64,000 nucleotides of DNA, taken from NCBI GenBank assembly GCA_016748015.1, contig JAAOMT010000094.1:281917-345916 (forward strand), given 5' to 3'. Below, one piece after another: positions 49,401 through 62,532 of this stretch (positions within the stretch are counted from its first letter, which is position 1; each line of letters opens with the position of its first letter). Position numbers and translations under genes: made by a program. Origin of the DNA: Geosiphon pyriformis uo1. Its lineage: Eukaryota > Fungi > Glomeromycota. The notes beneath the pieces are model-generated. The model ran no database searches, was not told where the DNA came from, and was given only the letters and a program-made list of their open reading frames with translations.

Positions 49401-51855
49401 GTTTTAGTAAATGGTATTTTTTTCTTCTTTTCAAATTCGAATACTAGGGCTTTTTCTGATCATTTGTTGAAAGTACCACAAGTAGCAGGTACTATGATAT
49501 ATTATCCTTGATATGAGATTTTTAGTTCTTGAGTTTCCCAGTCTAGGTTTGTATTGGCCTTAAAAAACCAATCATTTCCAACAAGAGCTTTGGTATTGTG
49601 GTGTATCTATAACTAGAACTTTGACTAGAATGGTAATTCCATTAATGGTGAATGAAATGTTGTCAATTTTTCTTACTGGTGTCTTTTTCATATTATTTGC
49701 TGTAACAATTATTGTTTGGGCTGGTCTGTCAACATTTTGATTGAGTTGTTGCATTAATTGGTAGGTAATAATACTTTCAGCAAATTCACTGTCTAGAATT
49801 AATCAGATGGACTTTTTTTCTATTGTAGCTTCAGTGTACATAGCAGTAATAGCTTTTTGCTCATTGACTGCTGTATTGTTAAGCAAGAATGGTGATTTAT
49901 TTGCTTCAAATTTGAATGGGAATATATCTGAAAAATTGGCATTTTGGGCAATTTGAGCTGATGGAATTGTATTGTTGGAAGAGTTTAATCTTGGTGCTGC
50001 AGTTTTACTTTCAGAAAGTGCAGTTTGTTGAAAATCCGATTTTTCAGACATTATGAAATAATTGAGTTAAGTGTGATAGTGATTGGATCTTTGCTGACCA
50101 GAATTTCAGGGAACCAACTGGTTATTTGGGTTGATTCTGTTGTTGTTATTCTGAAATTGATTTTGAGATGTGAATTGTTTATGTTGAACCAATCTTTGGA
50201 CTGGTACTTGATATTGTTGTGTAGGTGGCTGATACTGTTGAATTGGTGGAGGTTGTTGATATTGTTGCTGTGAAGCAGATTGATAGTAATTGGTTTGCTG
50301 TTGGAGTCTTAAAGAATAGTAAGCTGGTAGTGGAGACTGATAATAAGATTGCTGTATTGAAAAGTAATATTAATTACTCCTGTTCTGTTGGTCTCTTTCT
50401 AGCTTTCTGCAATCTTGTTTTCAGTGTTTTGAGATTCCACAATAATGACAATTTTGAAGTTGGTTGTTAGATGGTGGTCCAAAATTGTTTTGGTTGTATC
50501 ATTGTAGTGGTTAATATCTTTAGAGTTGTTGCTGCTATTATTGTTGGTTTGTAAAGTAATTTTCAACCTTTTTTATAAATTGGTCAATTTTTTTTTCAGC
50601 TGCTAAGCTGGTTTCTTTAATAGCAAGATTTACAAGTTTGGTATGATTTGCTTCTTCCATTGCTATTTCATAGTTCTTTGCATGTCTAATGGCTGTTGCT
50701 AAGTTTTTCTAGAACATGTGAGCGAACTTTTTTGATCAATTTGTTCTTTAATCCGGGCATTGGAATAGTATTCATTGGTTTTTAATTGCTGAATTTGTTA
50801 AAGAAGTTTGTTAAATCTCCCAAGATAGGTCATAACAGTTTTCAATGTTTTTTGTTTGATATTGTGAAAGTAATTGCAGAGAGTAATAAAGATGTTATTG
50901 TTAGTGAATTGTTGTAAGAAAGCATCTTTGAATACTTATCAGTCTTTATATAGTTCTTCTAAATTTTCAAACCATTCTCTTGCAGTTTCTTGGAGAAAGT
51001 ATAGAATTGCTTTGAACATTCTTGCTGCATTCTATCTATTTGCATCTCCTGCTTTTTGAATTTTGTCAAGCCATTTTTGTAGACTGGTATCATTGTCTTG
51101 ACCAGTAAATTCTGGAATCTTTGCAATATAAGTAGTTGCCATTTTTTTTTTGTTTTTTATGGTTTCTTCTGGTTTTGATTCAGTTTCCTCACTTTTCAAG
51201 TTCTCTAAAAGATTACTTTTATTTTCTTGTAAATAATCAATAATATTGGTGCTGATTGATATTGGTTCTTGCTGTTAAATAGAATTTCTAGGTAACTGAA
51301 AATCTTCTGGTCTGAAGAAACAATTAAGTAATGAATTTGGTGTTTGTGGTTAAGCAAGTAAAATTGGAAATGATGTAATAAAAAGTGGTAATTTGACACT
51401 GGTTTTTTGTTCAGGTGTTTGTAAGTATTTGGCAGTTGTCTTTGGTAGTATTGGAGTGTTTGGAGTGGTTTTTGAGTATTGTTTCATTTTTTATTTGCCT
51501 TTGCTGTTTGTTTCAGTTTCTGATTCAAAGTTAATAGAGTATTTAAACTGTACTAGGTATGTTTCTTCACAATACTTGATAATGTTAAAATTAAGTTCTT
51601 AGAAGTGGCAAGTGTTTTACTGTTAAGATCTTTAGTTCTCAACTGTAAATAGTGCACTAAATTATTGTAAAGGTTGCTTCTAACTTCTAAAATGTTGTAA
51701 TCTTCAAGAAAGTAATTATTAATGCAATTTTCAATATACTGGTAAAGTGTCCTTTTAACAATTTCAATTCCGTCTGGAATGTTGAACCTCTGCTTGCAAT
51801 GAATGTAAATTGACTGATAATACTCTAGAGTTGTTATGTCTAGTGTGATCACTAC
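46456..51855 (-). pseudogene. Element D gag-pol 5' part (gag, PR, Cys module, dUTPase at ~48117-48510, RT, start of RNase H)
   Basis: Colinear with C 12674-18028; ARYDL, FRSLLA, VIDARYIG, EKIAQ, RGMQGFG. Confidence 0.92.
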
Positions 51856-51880
51856 TTTAAATATGTTGCTGCTGTATTAT

Positions 51881-51898
51881 TTCTGTGGGAGAGCACCA
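51881..51898 (-). promoter_or_regulatory. PBS of D, TGGTGCTCTCCCACAGAA
   Basis: 2 nt from the 5' LTR at 51901. Confidence 0.88.
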
Positions 51899-51900
51899 AA

Positions 51901-52871
51901 TGTTACCAAAGGTTTTTGGTCTCTTTTTTTGAATGTTGTAAATGTTGATCTGCTGTAAATTCACGTTTTTAAGAAGTAGTTGAACCTCCAATAACTGTAT
52001 TTATCTTTAAATTATCTTCTATAATTTGAACTGCTGGACTTATAAGTAAAATGGCCAATTCTATGCCAGTTGCTTTGTATAGTTACATTGTAGTAAACAT
52101 CAACTCTTTCCCAAGAATTGCTTGTCTGGAAGCTCACTAAAAATGTATAGCTACTTTGCTGTGAAAGTCAACTTTTCTACAGGAATCTTGTCTGTAGGCT
52201 ACTTTAATGATTGTAATAAGAAAAAAATAAAAAAATAAAAAAAATGTAAAAAAAATAGAATTGTGTTAAGAGAAACGTTTCTTATTTAGACCTGGAGTCA
52301 CTAACAAATTACTGAAATTGATAGCTAATCAATTTCAAAATGTTAGTTGTGTTAAGGAAATTTCAAGTACAATAATCAAAAGATTTGGTTTTCAAATATT
52401 TAATTTTTATTTGAATATATAAAAGATAATTTGTTTTAATTAAAATATTTAAAGTGAGATACTATGTTAAGATACTATGAGAAGATATATTTTCTTAAAA
52501 AGAGAAGCTCTTTTTTTATACAATTTGTTGTAGTACTAGTTTTTGAACTTGCACTTTTTTTTTTGCTACAATTTGGGTGAACTAAAGATATATTTTGGCA
52601 AACTACAAGTTATTTTACTGAACTATTGATTATTTCGGCCAATTTTTATTAATTTCGGCGAATTTTGACTATGTTAAATAGTTTAGGGTATTGTGTAATT
52701 TAATCATTTTAATTTCTAAAATACAAATCGGATTATTGATTGAGTAATGATATTTGATAATTTGATTAAATAATAAGTGATAATCAAAATAATAATAATG
52801 TATGCTAATTAATAATAGGAATTATAAGGGTAATTTCATGCTAATTAATAGCTAAAATTCTCCTAATAACA
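51901..52871 (-). repeat. Element D 5' LTR (971 bp)
   Basis: TGTTAC...ATAACA; direct repeat of 32868-33838. Confidence 0.94.
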
Positions 52872-52875
52872 GTAA

Positions 52876-55800
52876 CAATAGTACCTGGCAAATTCCAAGA
52901 ATGCTCATAGTTCAGTTAAATTGGTTGGTATTGAAAAGTTTTTGACTATTTCAATCTTGTTTGGATTTGTTTTAATGCCATCTTTGTTTATGACATGTCC
53001 CAAAAACTTGAGTTTAGTTTTTTCAAAAAAACACTTGGTTGTATTTAGCTTTAATATAGCTTTTCTTAGTCTTTCAAACACTTATTGGAGATAATATAAA
53101 TGATTATTGAATGTCTTGGAAAATATATTTGTGTTATCTAAGTACACAACTACTGATTTCCATAGTAGTTTAGTGTAAACAATTTCCATTAGTCATTGGA
53201 AAGTGACTGGTACATTCATTAAGCCAAATGGCATTACTTCAAATTTGAAATTTTCTTCTTTAGTTATGAATGTGGTTTTCTCTTTGTCATCTAAATTCAT
53301 GGCTACTTGCCAATAACCACTATCTAAATTCAGTGTTGAGAACTATTTCTTTCTTTCAAAAACATTGAATAATTCTTGGATTTTTAGAGTTGAGTAGTTA
53401 TTTCTTTTTGTTACTCTATTAAGTTTTTAGTAGTCTATGCAAAAGCAAATCTTTCTATTCTTCTTATAGACTAGTACTACTGATGATAATCATAGACTCA
53501 TTGATGGTTGAATTAATCTGTTGTTTAGTATCCGATTGATTTCCTGTTAGATGATTTCATGGCTGGCTGGTAGTACTCTGTATGCTTATTGTTTTATTGG
53601 CATCATATCTCCAGTTTTGATCTGATGCTAAATGATATCAGTATGGCCAAATTTATTTTTACTGGCAAAGATGTTATTAAAGTTGTTGAGTAACATCTTA
53701 AGCTGCATATGTTGAAGTAAGTTTAAGTTTTCCATGTTTATTTGTTTCAATTATTCTGGTTGGAGCAAATAATATTTGTTCTATCTGTAAATTGTTTGTG
53801 ATGTAATATCCACATATTTGCAAAGCTGTAAAAAATCTAAAATAGGATTTGGTGGCTGTTTTTCAATTTCAGTGCTTAAATATCTAATGGTGGTTCTTTT
53901 TGGTATTTCTATGATGTTTTTTGTTGCATTGTAAATGGAAATTTTGATATGGTTCTTGTTTTTGGCTGGTATATAGAAATTGGTAAGTCCAATTTCTCCT
54001 AATTTGCAAATGGTTGGTTCCGCTTCAAAAATTTGTGCCTAATTTTTCATTTTTCTTTCTATGATTAACATATACTGGTTATATGGCAGAATAGAAATTG
54101 ATTGGCAGGTAAAAATAATTTTTTCTTTGTCAATAATCTCTTCCTCTGCCATATTGACTAGTATATCTATTCTACTTATAGATCCAAATTCACTTATCCC
54201 TCTTGCTGTTATTCTTAATTTTTCTCTGTTTTCTACTGAAACTAACTGGGCTATTTTTATTAGAGACAGAAATATTGTCTGTGCTATCTTTTCCAGTACT
54301 ATTTTGAGATCAATGTAGGTGTGTGAATGTAGTTCCAATTTGATGGCTTTTTTTTCTGAGTATCTTAGATCAAATCCTGTATTGATATTATGTGCACATT
54401 CTGGCATGATATCCTCATTATTGTTGCTTAACTATTTTAGTTCTTGCTTCTTAGAAAGGTCAAAAAGCATGATATATTGTTCTAGGTTTGAATTATTGTA
54501 ATTATTATTGTCAATTTGAATGGAGCTAGAACTATTGTTATCATTATTGTTATTTTTGAAGTTTAAATCAGGATTAAACATTGATTTCAATTTTGATGTG
54601 CAGCTGCTGATTGGTTTTTTTTTTTCTAGGATCATGTAGATTATGTGTATTAATGGATTGTAAATAAGATCACACTCATTACAATATTAAAAGTTACAAG
54701 AAATCAAATAGTGGTCACATAATTGGATATTTATTTTTTCCAACCATTACTCTTGTTCCTCTTGAATGGATGCTAAATTCTGGTAATGTTCATGAAATTC
54801 TTCTGGGCCTGTTTCAATATCTAGAAAGGCATCAGGATTGGAAATAAAAACAACTTCAACTGGTTTAGATGGATTGTTTTTTATTTCTAAGATCTTATTA
54901 AGCGAAGTGTTTTCTATCTTGGTGTTGGCCATTTTCCAAATCTTGTCTTTATTGTGTAGATAACTGTCCAAGGGAGAGATTGCTTGATGCCAGACTGCAG
55001 TTATTGGGATTTTACAATTCATCCAGTCATTAATGAGAATTGTGTATTAATATGATGCATCACAGGTTTCTTTTTGACCAGAAATGTCATTTCATATTCC
55101 TTCATTGAGCAATTGTTCACCACAAGCAAGACATAGTTCATTGTCCTACTTGCCTTGGCATTTTAAATAGCCATAGTGTTTATGATAGCATGATTTGCAA
55201 TAGTAATAGGTTCGTGTTCAGTAGTCTTTATCAGATACAATTCAAGCTTCCATAAAGAACAACTTTTTTTTGCAATCCTTGTACTTAAGTGGAATATAAA
55301 GTGGCTCTGGTCAGGTGTTAATCAAATAGAAACTTCTCCAGCCACTGGTAATTTTGTTGGTAGTATCTTCTTGTGGCTCATCATCTTCTTTTTTTTTTCT
55401 TTTGTTATCTCAATACAGTATTGGCAGTAATTCATTGTGGTTAGTGTCAGCCCATGAAACTTGGTAGGCTTTCCAGATAGGTTTCTTTTTTTCTTTTTCA
55501 AATTCAATTAGTGATGCAGTTGTAGTGGTTTTGAAGTGTCCACAGGTAGCTGGTACTCTAGTATGTTGCTCATTTTGCCTAAGCTGTAGCTCTTGAGTGT
55601 TCTAGTTAAGCACAACATTGGTTTTAGACAGTCAGTCATTACCAACAAAAGCTTGGTACTGGATGGCTTCTATGACTAAAACCTTGATTGGTATAATGAT
55701 ACTATCAACCTTGATGAGAAAATTGTTGATTTCACCAATTGGAGTTTTGGTAGCTCGATCAGCAGTAATAATTCTGGTGCTGACAGCATGATCAACTCGG

Positions 55801-56454
55801 TGACCTAATTGGTTCATAAGTTATTATGTAATAATACTGCCTGCTAAATCACTGTTTAGGATCAGCTTGATGGTCTGCCCATTGATTTTGGTGTCAGTGT
55901 ACATAGCAGTAATGGGTTTCATATCAAGAGTGGCTCCACTAAAGAGAGAGGTTTTGGTTGGTCTCTTAATTTTGAAAAAAAAAATGGCTGCTAACAATTT
56001 GTCATTGGTGACAGTGGCTAGAGATATGTTGTTGTTAATTGTTTGCTTCAGGAAGGTTTTTAGGTTGTTGGTTGAGATGTTTTCTGGGGTAACCAGGAGA
56101 CTCAAATAGTTCTGGGAACTTGGATTTTGGTTGTACCTGTTTCTCAAATTTCTGAAACGTGATTCCAAAGCATGGTTGAATGAATTGAAGATCAGTTGAT
56201 AAACAACCATTGCTGATCTCCAGTTTTGCTAAACAATTCTCAGTCTTTGGTTTCTGGGTGATGTTTGAATTGGATTTTGTGACAGAATTTGAATTTGTTG
56301 GGGTTGATATATCACTTGCAACTGTGATTAGTAAATAATTGGTGCTAGGTTTTAATAAATTAGAGTTTGGTAGATTAGTTGCTGGACTACTTGAGTGTAA
56401 TGTGGTTGATAGTGATCTTGATTTGGGTAGTGGTTTGGAGTTTGAAATCTGCAA
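52876..56454 (-). pseudogene. Element B pol middle (linker, protease, Cys module, internally deleted dUTPase ~54170-54407, RT)
   Basis: Colinear with E 21016-25030; AHNINTGFDL, EKIAQ, ARGISEFGS. Confidence 0.9.
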
Positions 56455-57292
56455 TGTTACTTATAGAAATATAGGGAATATATATTAGCATAGTTATTAG
56501 CCAATCAGAAATAGATGTAGTAAATATGGAATTCCAAGATTCTTCTCAGGAATTGCAGGATTCCAGGAATTACAAGATTCTTCTCAGGAATTGCAAGATT
56601 TCAGGAATTATAGGATTCTCATGAGGAATTGCAGAATTTCAGAATTCCATTGTGAAGAATTGAGGAATTGAGAAATCTTAATTATGTATATATAGCAGTA
56701 GTATTAGAAGCTGAAAAAACAGACCTTTCAGTTTAGATTTTATTTAGACAATCTTCCAAAACACAATAAATAACTATTTGTTATCTCAAACCCAATTTTA
56801 CTATCAACATGGAGTGTTGATAGTAATTGATACTTAAACACACTGGAACAATAGCTCTTGATCATGGCTATTAATGGGATAATAACTTGCAAAACCACCT
56901 TGGTTTATTCATTATTTTCTTTTGTTTCTTTTTTTTTTTATTTTTATTTTTATTTTATTGTTGTGCACTAATTGGTTGAATAAAGCGCTAGATTACTGAT
57001 GTCAAGGATTGCCTGGTAAAAGACCCCTGCAAGAGGGTAAGACATATACAGAAGATATGGAATACTTACCAGAGGATTGCCGGTCATTATGCCAAGAAAA
57101 GAATTGACAGAATTGTAATTCTGGGAAGCTATGGATAAAACAACTATTGAATCTCTGTTCATTATACAAAGAACTCAAACCAAAACCTTCAGATACAAAA
57201 CCTTCAGATTAAAAACATCAGCGCAAATAATTTTTAGCACCAAGTTACAGATTTGTTATTTGATTTGAGACTCCAAGTAATCACCTGTAACA
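56455..57292 (+). mobile_element. G: solo LTR of the E family (838 bp), inserted in B gag
   Basis: Homologous to the E LTRs end to end; TGTTAC...GTAACA; flanks GCAA/GTGA, consistent with a decayed GCGA TSD; no PBS or PPT. Confidence 0.92.
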
Positions 57293-57296
57293 GTGA

Positions 57297-58570
57297 TCAG
57301 GATTTTGATATTAATTCTCTGACTAGAGTTAATTGCAATATGTTCTGCAGTTAGCTCTAAGATAATTTTGTTTACCACAATTGTGACAAATATGTATTTC
57401 TTGCTACCATGGCTAATTGAATGATAATGATGAAGAACATAATTGATTTTGAAAGCAATTCATGTTTTCTGAATTATTGCATCATTGTAAAGGCTGATAA
57501 ATTGCTTAATTGTCAGCTAAATAGTTTTCTAGTTTTTGATTAATTGAATTACTAAATTTTTTTAATTTGGAATCCAATTCAGATGATCTATTCATCACTA
57601 GATTTACAGTTTGGGCATAGTTGACTTTAAGTTCAGCTGCTTCAAAATCTCTAGCTTGGGTAACTGCTGTTTAAAAATTGGCTGAATGTAATGGATGTAC
57701 TTATTGCAGGATGCTGCTGTATAATCCACAAATAAATTGATTCAAAATTTGGGCTATGGTAAAATAATTGGTGTTGATGGCTTGGATTTGGCACAAGTTT
57801 CTGTAAAAACGTCCTAAGTAAGTAGTGACTGCTTCAATTTTTTCTTGTTTGATAATGGTGAAGGTATTGGTCAAGCAATTAATACTATTATTGTTACTAA
57901 AATATCTCAAGAATTCAACTTTAAACACGTTAAAATCTTGAAGTTTATTGGCTAAGCTTTGATACCATGAGTCAGTGGTATTCTGGAGAAAGTATGGGAT
58001 GACTTAAAGTGCTTTGGCATCATTCTATCTGTTGGCTGTGATGGCTTTTTCTATATTGTTTAGCCATACTTGTGCATTATCTTCTTCACCAGTAAATTTT
58101 TCAATGTTGGTAATTGGTACATATGCTATTTGTTGTGATGGTTGTTAAAGTGGTTGTTGCAGTTATTGTTAAGGTGGTACTTGTGGCTGTTGAATTGGTT
58201 CAGTAATCAGTCTAATTAATAACTGATTAATTACAATTACTGGAGATAAGTGTTGCTGATTAATAATATTAGAGTTTGGATTGTTCTGATTTTCTGGAGT
58301 TTGAATATTTGGGGTTTTAACTTCCAGGTTTTCTACAATTGGGTTTTGATAATTAAATTCCTAATTGTTATCTTTCTCTTTTTTTGATTCTGTTACTTCC
58401 TAAGGATTCATGATTCCAAAATCTGGTAAAAATAGCAGTAATCGAAATTCTGATGGCATTGGTGATCACAACTTAAATTCTTCAAAATATTTGCCATAGG
58501 TTTCTAATAGGTCGTTTCTTGATTGTTTACTTTGAAATAGTATTTGTGCCAATGATGTCTTTGTATGCAC
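57297..58570 (-). pseudogene. Element B gag (capsid to CCHC knuckle)
   Basis: FKVEFLRYFSNNNSIN..AQILNQFICGL matches E 20339-20590; ICHNCGKQ knuckle. Confidence 0.88.
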
Positions 58571-59339
58571 TATTACGGGAGTGTTTTTTTAGTATATTTT
58601 AATTGTTGATCTCCTATTTTAATTGCAATCAGTTTCTTGTGAGTTCTTCGATTTTATGTGTTGGATATTAATGATAATATACTGAAGGTTTTCTTTTGAT
58701 GTTGTGATATAAGTTTTCTTTTTAATTCTAGTTGTTTTTGTATGTTATCTACTTCTTCTCAGAGACTAATCTGAAATCTACCCACTGTCTGAGGTCTTTT
58801 CTGAGACTATCCTTGCAATTGTCTAATGTGTTTCTCTAATCTAGAAACACGGAATATTAATGGCCTTTTTGTGATTTTCCTAAGTATATAATAAAGCTTT
58901 TTCAATTTAATTAGTAACCACCTGAATAATCTTGATCAGGGATTATTTTTCCAAAGGGTTCAAAGATGGAATAATAGTTTCATTCACTAAAAAGGGTATG
59001 TGAATTCTATTGTTAATCTTGTAATTGCAATGTTCATTCAATTTATTATTTTTATTAATTCTTTTTAAATAAGATTTTATTTAGATATTTGTTGCTCCTA
59101 GTTGAAGCTTGTTTTTTTTCATCATTAAAAACTATTTTATATATATATAATTATTGTTTTACAAAATAATGTCTTGTAATACTCTATTTCCATTATTTCT
59201 AAATAATGTTTGCTGCTATTGTAAAATAGTGCTTGCTGTTATTTATAAATCATTTTTTTTTATAAATTGTTGCTGTGCTATTTTATGATTGGCTAATTTA
59301 TATTATTTATAATTCTTATTAAATTTTTGAATTGTAACA
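58571..59339. mobile_element. H: probable solo LTR of another family (769 bp), inserted in B gag
   Basis: Interrupts B gag relative to E; ends TATTAC (decayed TGTTAC) and GTAACA; flanks GCAC/ATAC; no partner LTR in the window. Confidence 0.7.
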
Positions 59340-59343
59340 ATAC

Positions 59344-59799
59344 CTGTTAATGAAATGTTGATGATGCTTCCAGATGTGTAGTAATATGATTAATAAGTTG
59401 GTAATTTAACTCTTGTTTTCTTTTAAGTAGGTGTTGTATTTTCTGGAATATTACTGCTGGTGTCTGTGGTTTTCCTTTATCTTTGATTATGTAAGTGATG
59501 GGATATTTTTGTTGAGTGTGATGTTCAATTTCTCTATTAATTTTAGTGAAGATTGCTATGAAATTATGATTTGCTGGTAGATTGATGTTTTGAATTAGTT
59601 TGTTGTAAAAATTTCTTCTTGCTGAGTCAGTTTCTACTGGTACTTCTAACAAATATAAGATTTTTTCATTAACATAGAAGTTAAAGACAGATTCTGCTGA
59701 TAAGTGATTGTGGGTTAATTCCAAGTGTTAACAATAATATTGAAATAAGGATTTGGCAAATCCTAAATGGTTTGTTCTTATTCTTTCTGATTCTACCAC
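59344..59799 (-). pseudogene. Element B gag N-terminal extension
   Basis: NHLGFAKSLFQYYC..FNFYVNEKI matches E 19214-19670; in-frame GTG at 59799. Confidence 0.88.
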
Positions 59800-59843
59800 T
59801 TTTGGGATGGTTGTTTGTTGGTGCTAATTTTCTGTAAAATTAT

Positions 59844-59861
59844 ATCTTATAGGAAGCACCA
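59844..59861 (-). promoter_or_regulatory. PBS of B, decayed (TGGTGCTTCCTATAAGAT)
   Basis: Differs from the A/E/F PBS by four transitions; 2 nt from the LTR. Confidence 0.85.
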
Positions 59862-59863
59862 AA

Positions 59864-60805
59864 TGTTACAAGTAATTATTTGGGGTTTCAAATCAAATAA
59901 AAAATCTATAACTTGGTGCTCAATAGTTGAACTAATTGGTAATGTCTGAAGGTGTTTTGATCTAAAAGTTTTGATTGGAGTTCTTTGTATAATGAATAGA
60001 GATTTCCATGTTATTTTTATCCATAGCTTCCCAGAATCACAATTCTGTCAATTTTTTTTTTAGCTTGGTGACCAGCAATTCTCTGGTAAGCAATCCGTAA
60101 TTTTTACATATTCTACTTATTTGCAGGAGTCTTTTACCAGGCAATTCTTGATGTTAATAACTCAGCACTTAATTTTTAGAAGTTTAGTAAATCACCAACA
60201 AGATATAACAAAAATAAAAGAAAATAAATAAAAACAATTAAGCCAAAACAATGCAAATTAGTATTCCATCAATAACTATAATCAAAAGCTATTGTTCTTG
60301 CATGGTTTAAGTATCAATTTCTATTAACATTTAGAGTTAATAGTGAGCAGTTAGATTTAAGATGCTGAATAAGTATATTTATTTGATATTTAAAATGATA
60401 TGGTTTCTAACTAAAGAACAGTAACTAATGAATTTCTGTCTGGAGATTTCTCTTTTCTGTTTCTAATACTACTGCTATATATACATATTTTCTAGTTTTA
60501 TAAGATTGCTTTGAATTGTCTGTTCTTGTTAGCTATTATTTTGTTTTTTTTATATTATAACTAATTATCCTATATTATAACATGTTATCTAATATTATTA
60601 CACGTTATTCTGTGTTATTCTATATTATAACATGTTATCTTATGTTATAATGTGTTATTTTGTGTTATCCTGTATTATAATACATTATCCTATATTATAA
60701 CACATTATCCAACATTATTGCATATTATTCTGTGTCTTTTCATGTTTTGTCACATTTTTTCTTCAGGTCATCTTTCTTTGATAGACTTTTTTTCTTCAAG
60801 TAACA
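59864..60805 (-). repeat. Element B 5' LTR (942 bp), with 10-bp array ~60565-60735
   Basis: TGTTAC...GTAACA followed by TSD ACAT. Confidence 0.93.
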
Positions 60806-60809
60806 ACAT

Positions 60810-61800
60810 ATTTATTTAATTATTGCATTTAAGAATTTGTCAGTTGATTAGAACAAAGTTAAGAGTTATTCTGAAGTTGTTGACAATGAGCATGCTGATT
60901 TTTTTGTCAATGCTTTTATTATGTCTGAGTTTGTATTATTTGTTGAAATGCTATATTGTTTTTTTGCCATTAAAGATAAATTTGTTTCTAAAAACATTTG
61001 TCACTTTATAAGACATCTTTTTGAAACTATTAGTTTTGTTAGTTGAAAATCCAAGTACACAGATAATGTTATAAATATAAATCTTTATAAACTGTTTAAT
61101 ATGTATTAGACTTTTAACATTTGGAATCCTGATAGTAAAATTTGTTTTGGCTTTATCAGCTCTGCTTCTACCATGCTTTGATCTTATTTTATGAAGGTTT
61201 TATACTATTGACTATTTGTAACCAAAAGAAAAAAATTGTATAAGTCAAACTATTTTAGTGTATTATGTATCTAATATAGCTTGGTTAAAGATTCTAATCA
61301 TATATTTTTGTGCATTCAAGACATTTGCACTAGAAAAAATTTAATCTTAACCACCATTAAGACTTGGACTAATTTGCTAAATACTTATACTGCTAACTAT
61401 ATGGTGGTTTGATTCTTGTAAAAAGCAAAGTCTTCTGGTTATTTATATATAACATTAGCTAAAAATTTTGTAATAAAAGAATAGATAGTTAACATAGTAA
61501 GTTTGTTGAGTGCTGGGTCTAATAAAAGTTTGTTGGTTATTAATTTGATTTGGAATTTTGTCAAAGATTATAGATCTGCCATATAATTACCAACCATCAA
61601 ATTATGAGAAATATGGCCTTCTGCTACATAATAATTTAGTGACTTTAGTCATTTTTGGTTTAGCTTTATTATAGTCTTTTAAGATAATTTATGACTTTAG
61701 TATTAGATTGAGTATTCATGTTTGTTTTAGTTTGTATCTTAGTCTAATCAATGTACATTTCAGTTTTTTGCAAGATTTTTTTATAGTGGATAGTTTAGGT
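60810..61800 (+). pseudogene. LINE ORF2 continued: RNase H C-terminal half and C-terminal Cys/His region (part 3 of 3); end approximate
   Basis: NKVKSYSEVVDNEHADF is a decayed KVKGHSGxxGNExAD; KRKKLY..VLCI..DSNHIFLC is a decayed CCHC. Continues 9056 once the TSD is removed. Confidence 0.72.
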
Positions 61801-62512
61801 ATATAATGCTATCTTGATTGATCCAAATAACTGGTTATATATAAAAAAAGCATAAGTCATACTTAATATAAGATTTTATTTGATTGTATAATTTTAGATA
61901 GTAGTTGGGCTACACTCATTAAAATATTAATAAAAAAATTAATTAATTATATATTATAAAATATAGGTTAAACTTTTTTTTTCTTTTATTTTAAATTTTT
62001 TAAAAAAAAAAAAATTTGCAAAAAAGTTTTTTTCTTTTTAATATAAATCTAAAAAACTTTTTTCTTTTTTATATTTTAAATTCCCAAAAAAGAGTAAATA
62101 TTTTTGAGAAAAGTTTTATATTTTACTATTTAGTTAAATCTTTTTTGTTTAATTATAAAGCTATTAATACTAATAACAGTTTAATTATAAAAAAAGTCAA
62201 AAAAAAATCTGGTGCTGGCTCAATAATTACCAATTTATTTACCAAAAAAAATACAAAGATAGAATTTTAAAGAAAACTGCTGTTATAATCAATTTGAGTA
62301 CTTTTAAAAATATATTTTTAACTAATAAAGTAATTGGATTTAATATTAGAAATATGGGACATGCTGCAACAAAACCAGACAAAGTGAACATTCTATTATG
62401 TGACATAAATGAGAGGCTGATTTTATGATATGGCTGTAAAATTGACCAGTATGACTGATGACGTTTTGAAAAGTAATAATGGTTCTCATTCATAACTTAT
62501 GAACTTGTTAAT

Positions 62513-62532
62513 NNNNNNNNNNNNNNNNNNNN
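62513..62532. other. Assembly gap (20 N)
   Basis: Run of n. Confidence 1.

Larger units (their letters stand above)
32868..52871 (-). mobile_element. Element D: C-family dUTPase-bearing Ty3/Gypsy (~9.9 kb without F), inserted in B pol
   Basis: LTRs 32868-33838 and 51901-52871 (both 971 bp); TSD GTGG/GTAA (two transitions); B pol rejoins across it (ARYYC|HFIKDF). Confidence 0.94.
9057..60805 (-). mobile_element. Element B: outer Ty3/Gypsy element (~10.1 kb after removing C, D, G and H)
   Basis: TSD ACAT at 9053-9056 and 60806-60809; 5' LTR 59864-60805; 3' LTR split into 9057-9241 and 29305-30070. The internal pieces rejoin colinearly at each nested TSD. Confidence 0.92.

Noticed and set aside
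61900-62230. A/T-run region with loose internal symmetry as a MITE or LINE tail
   Set aside because: Low complexity, with no definable TIR, TSD or clean poly(A) boundary.
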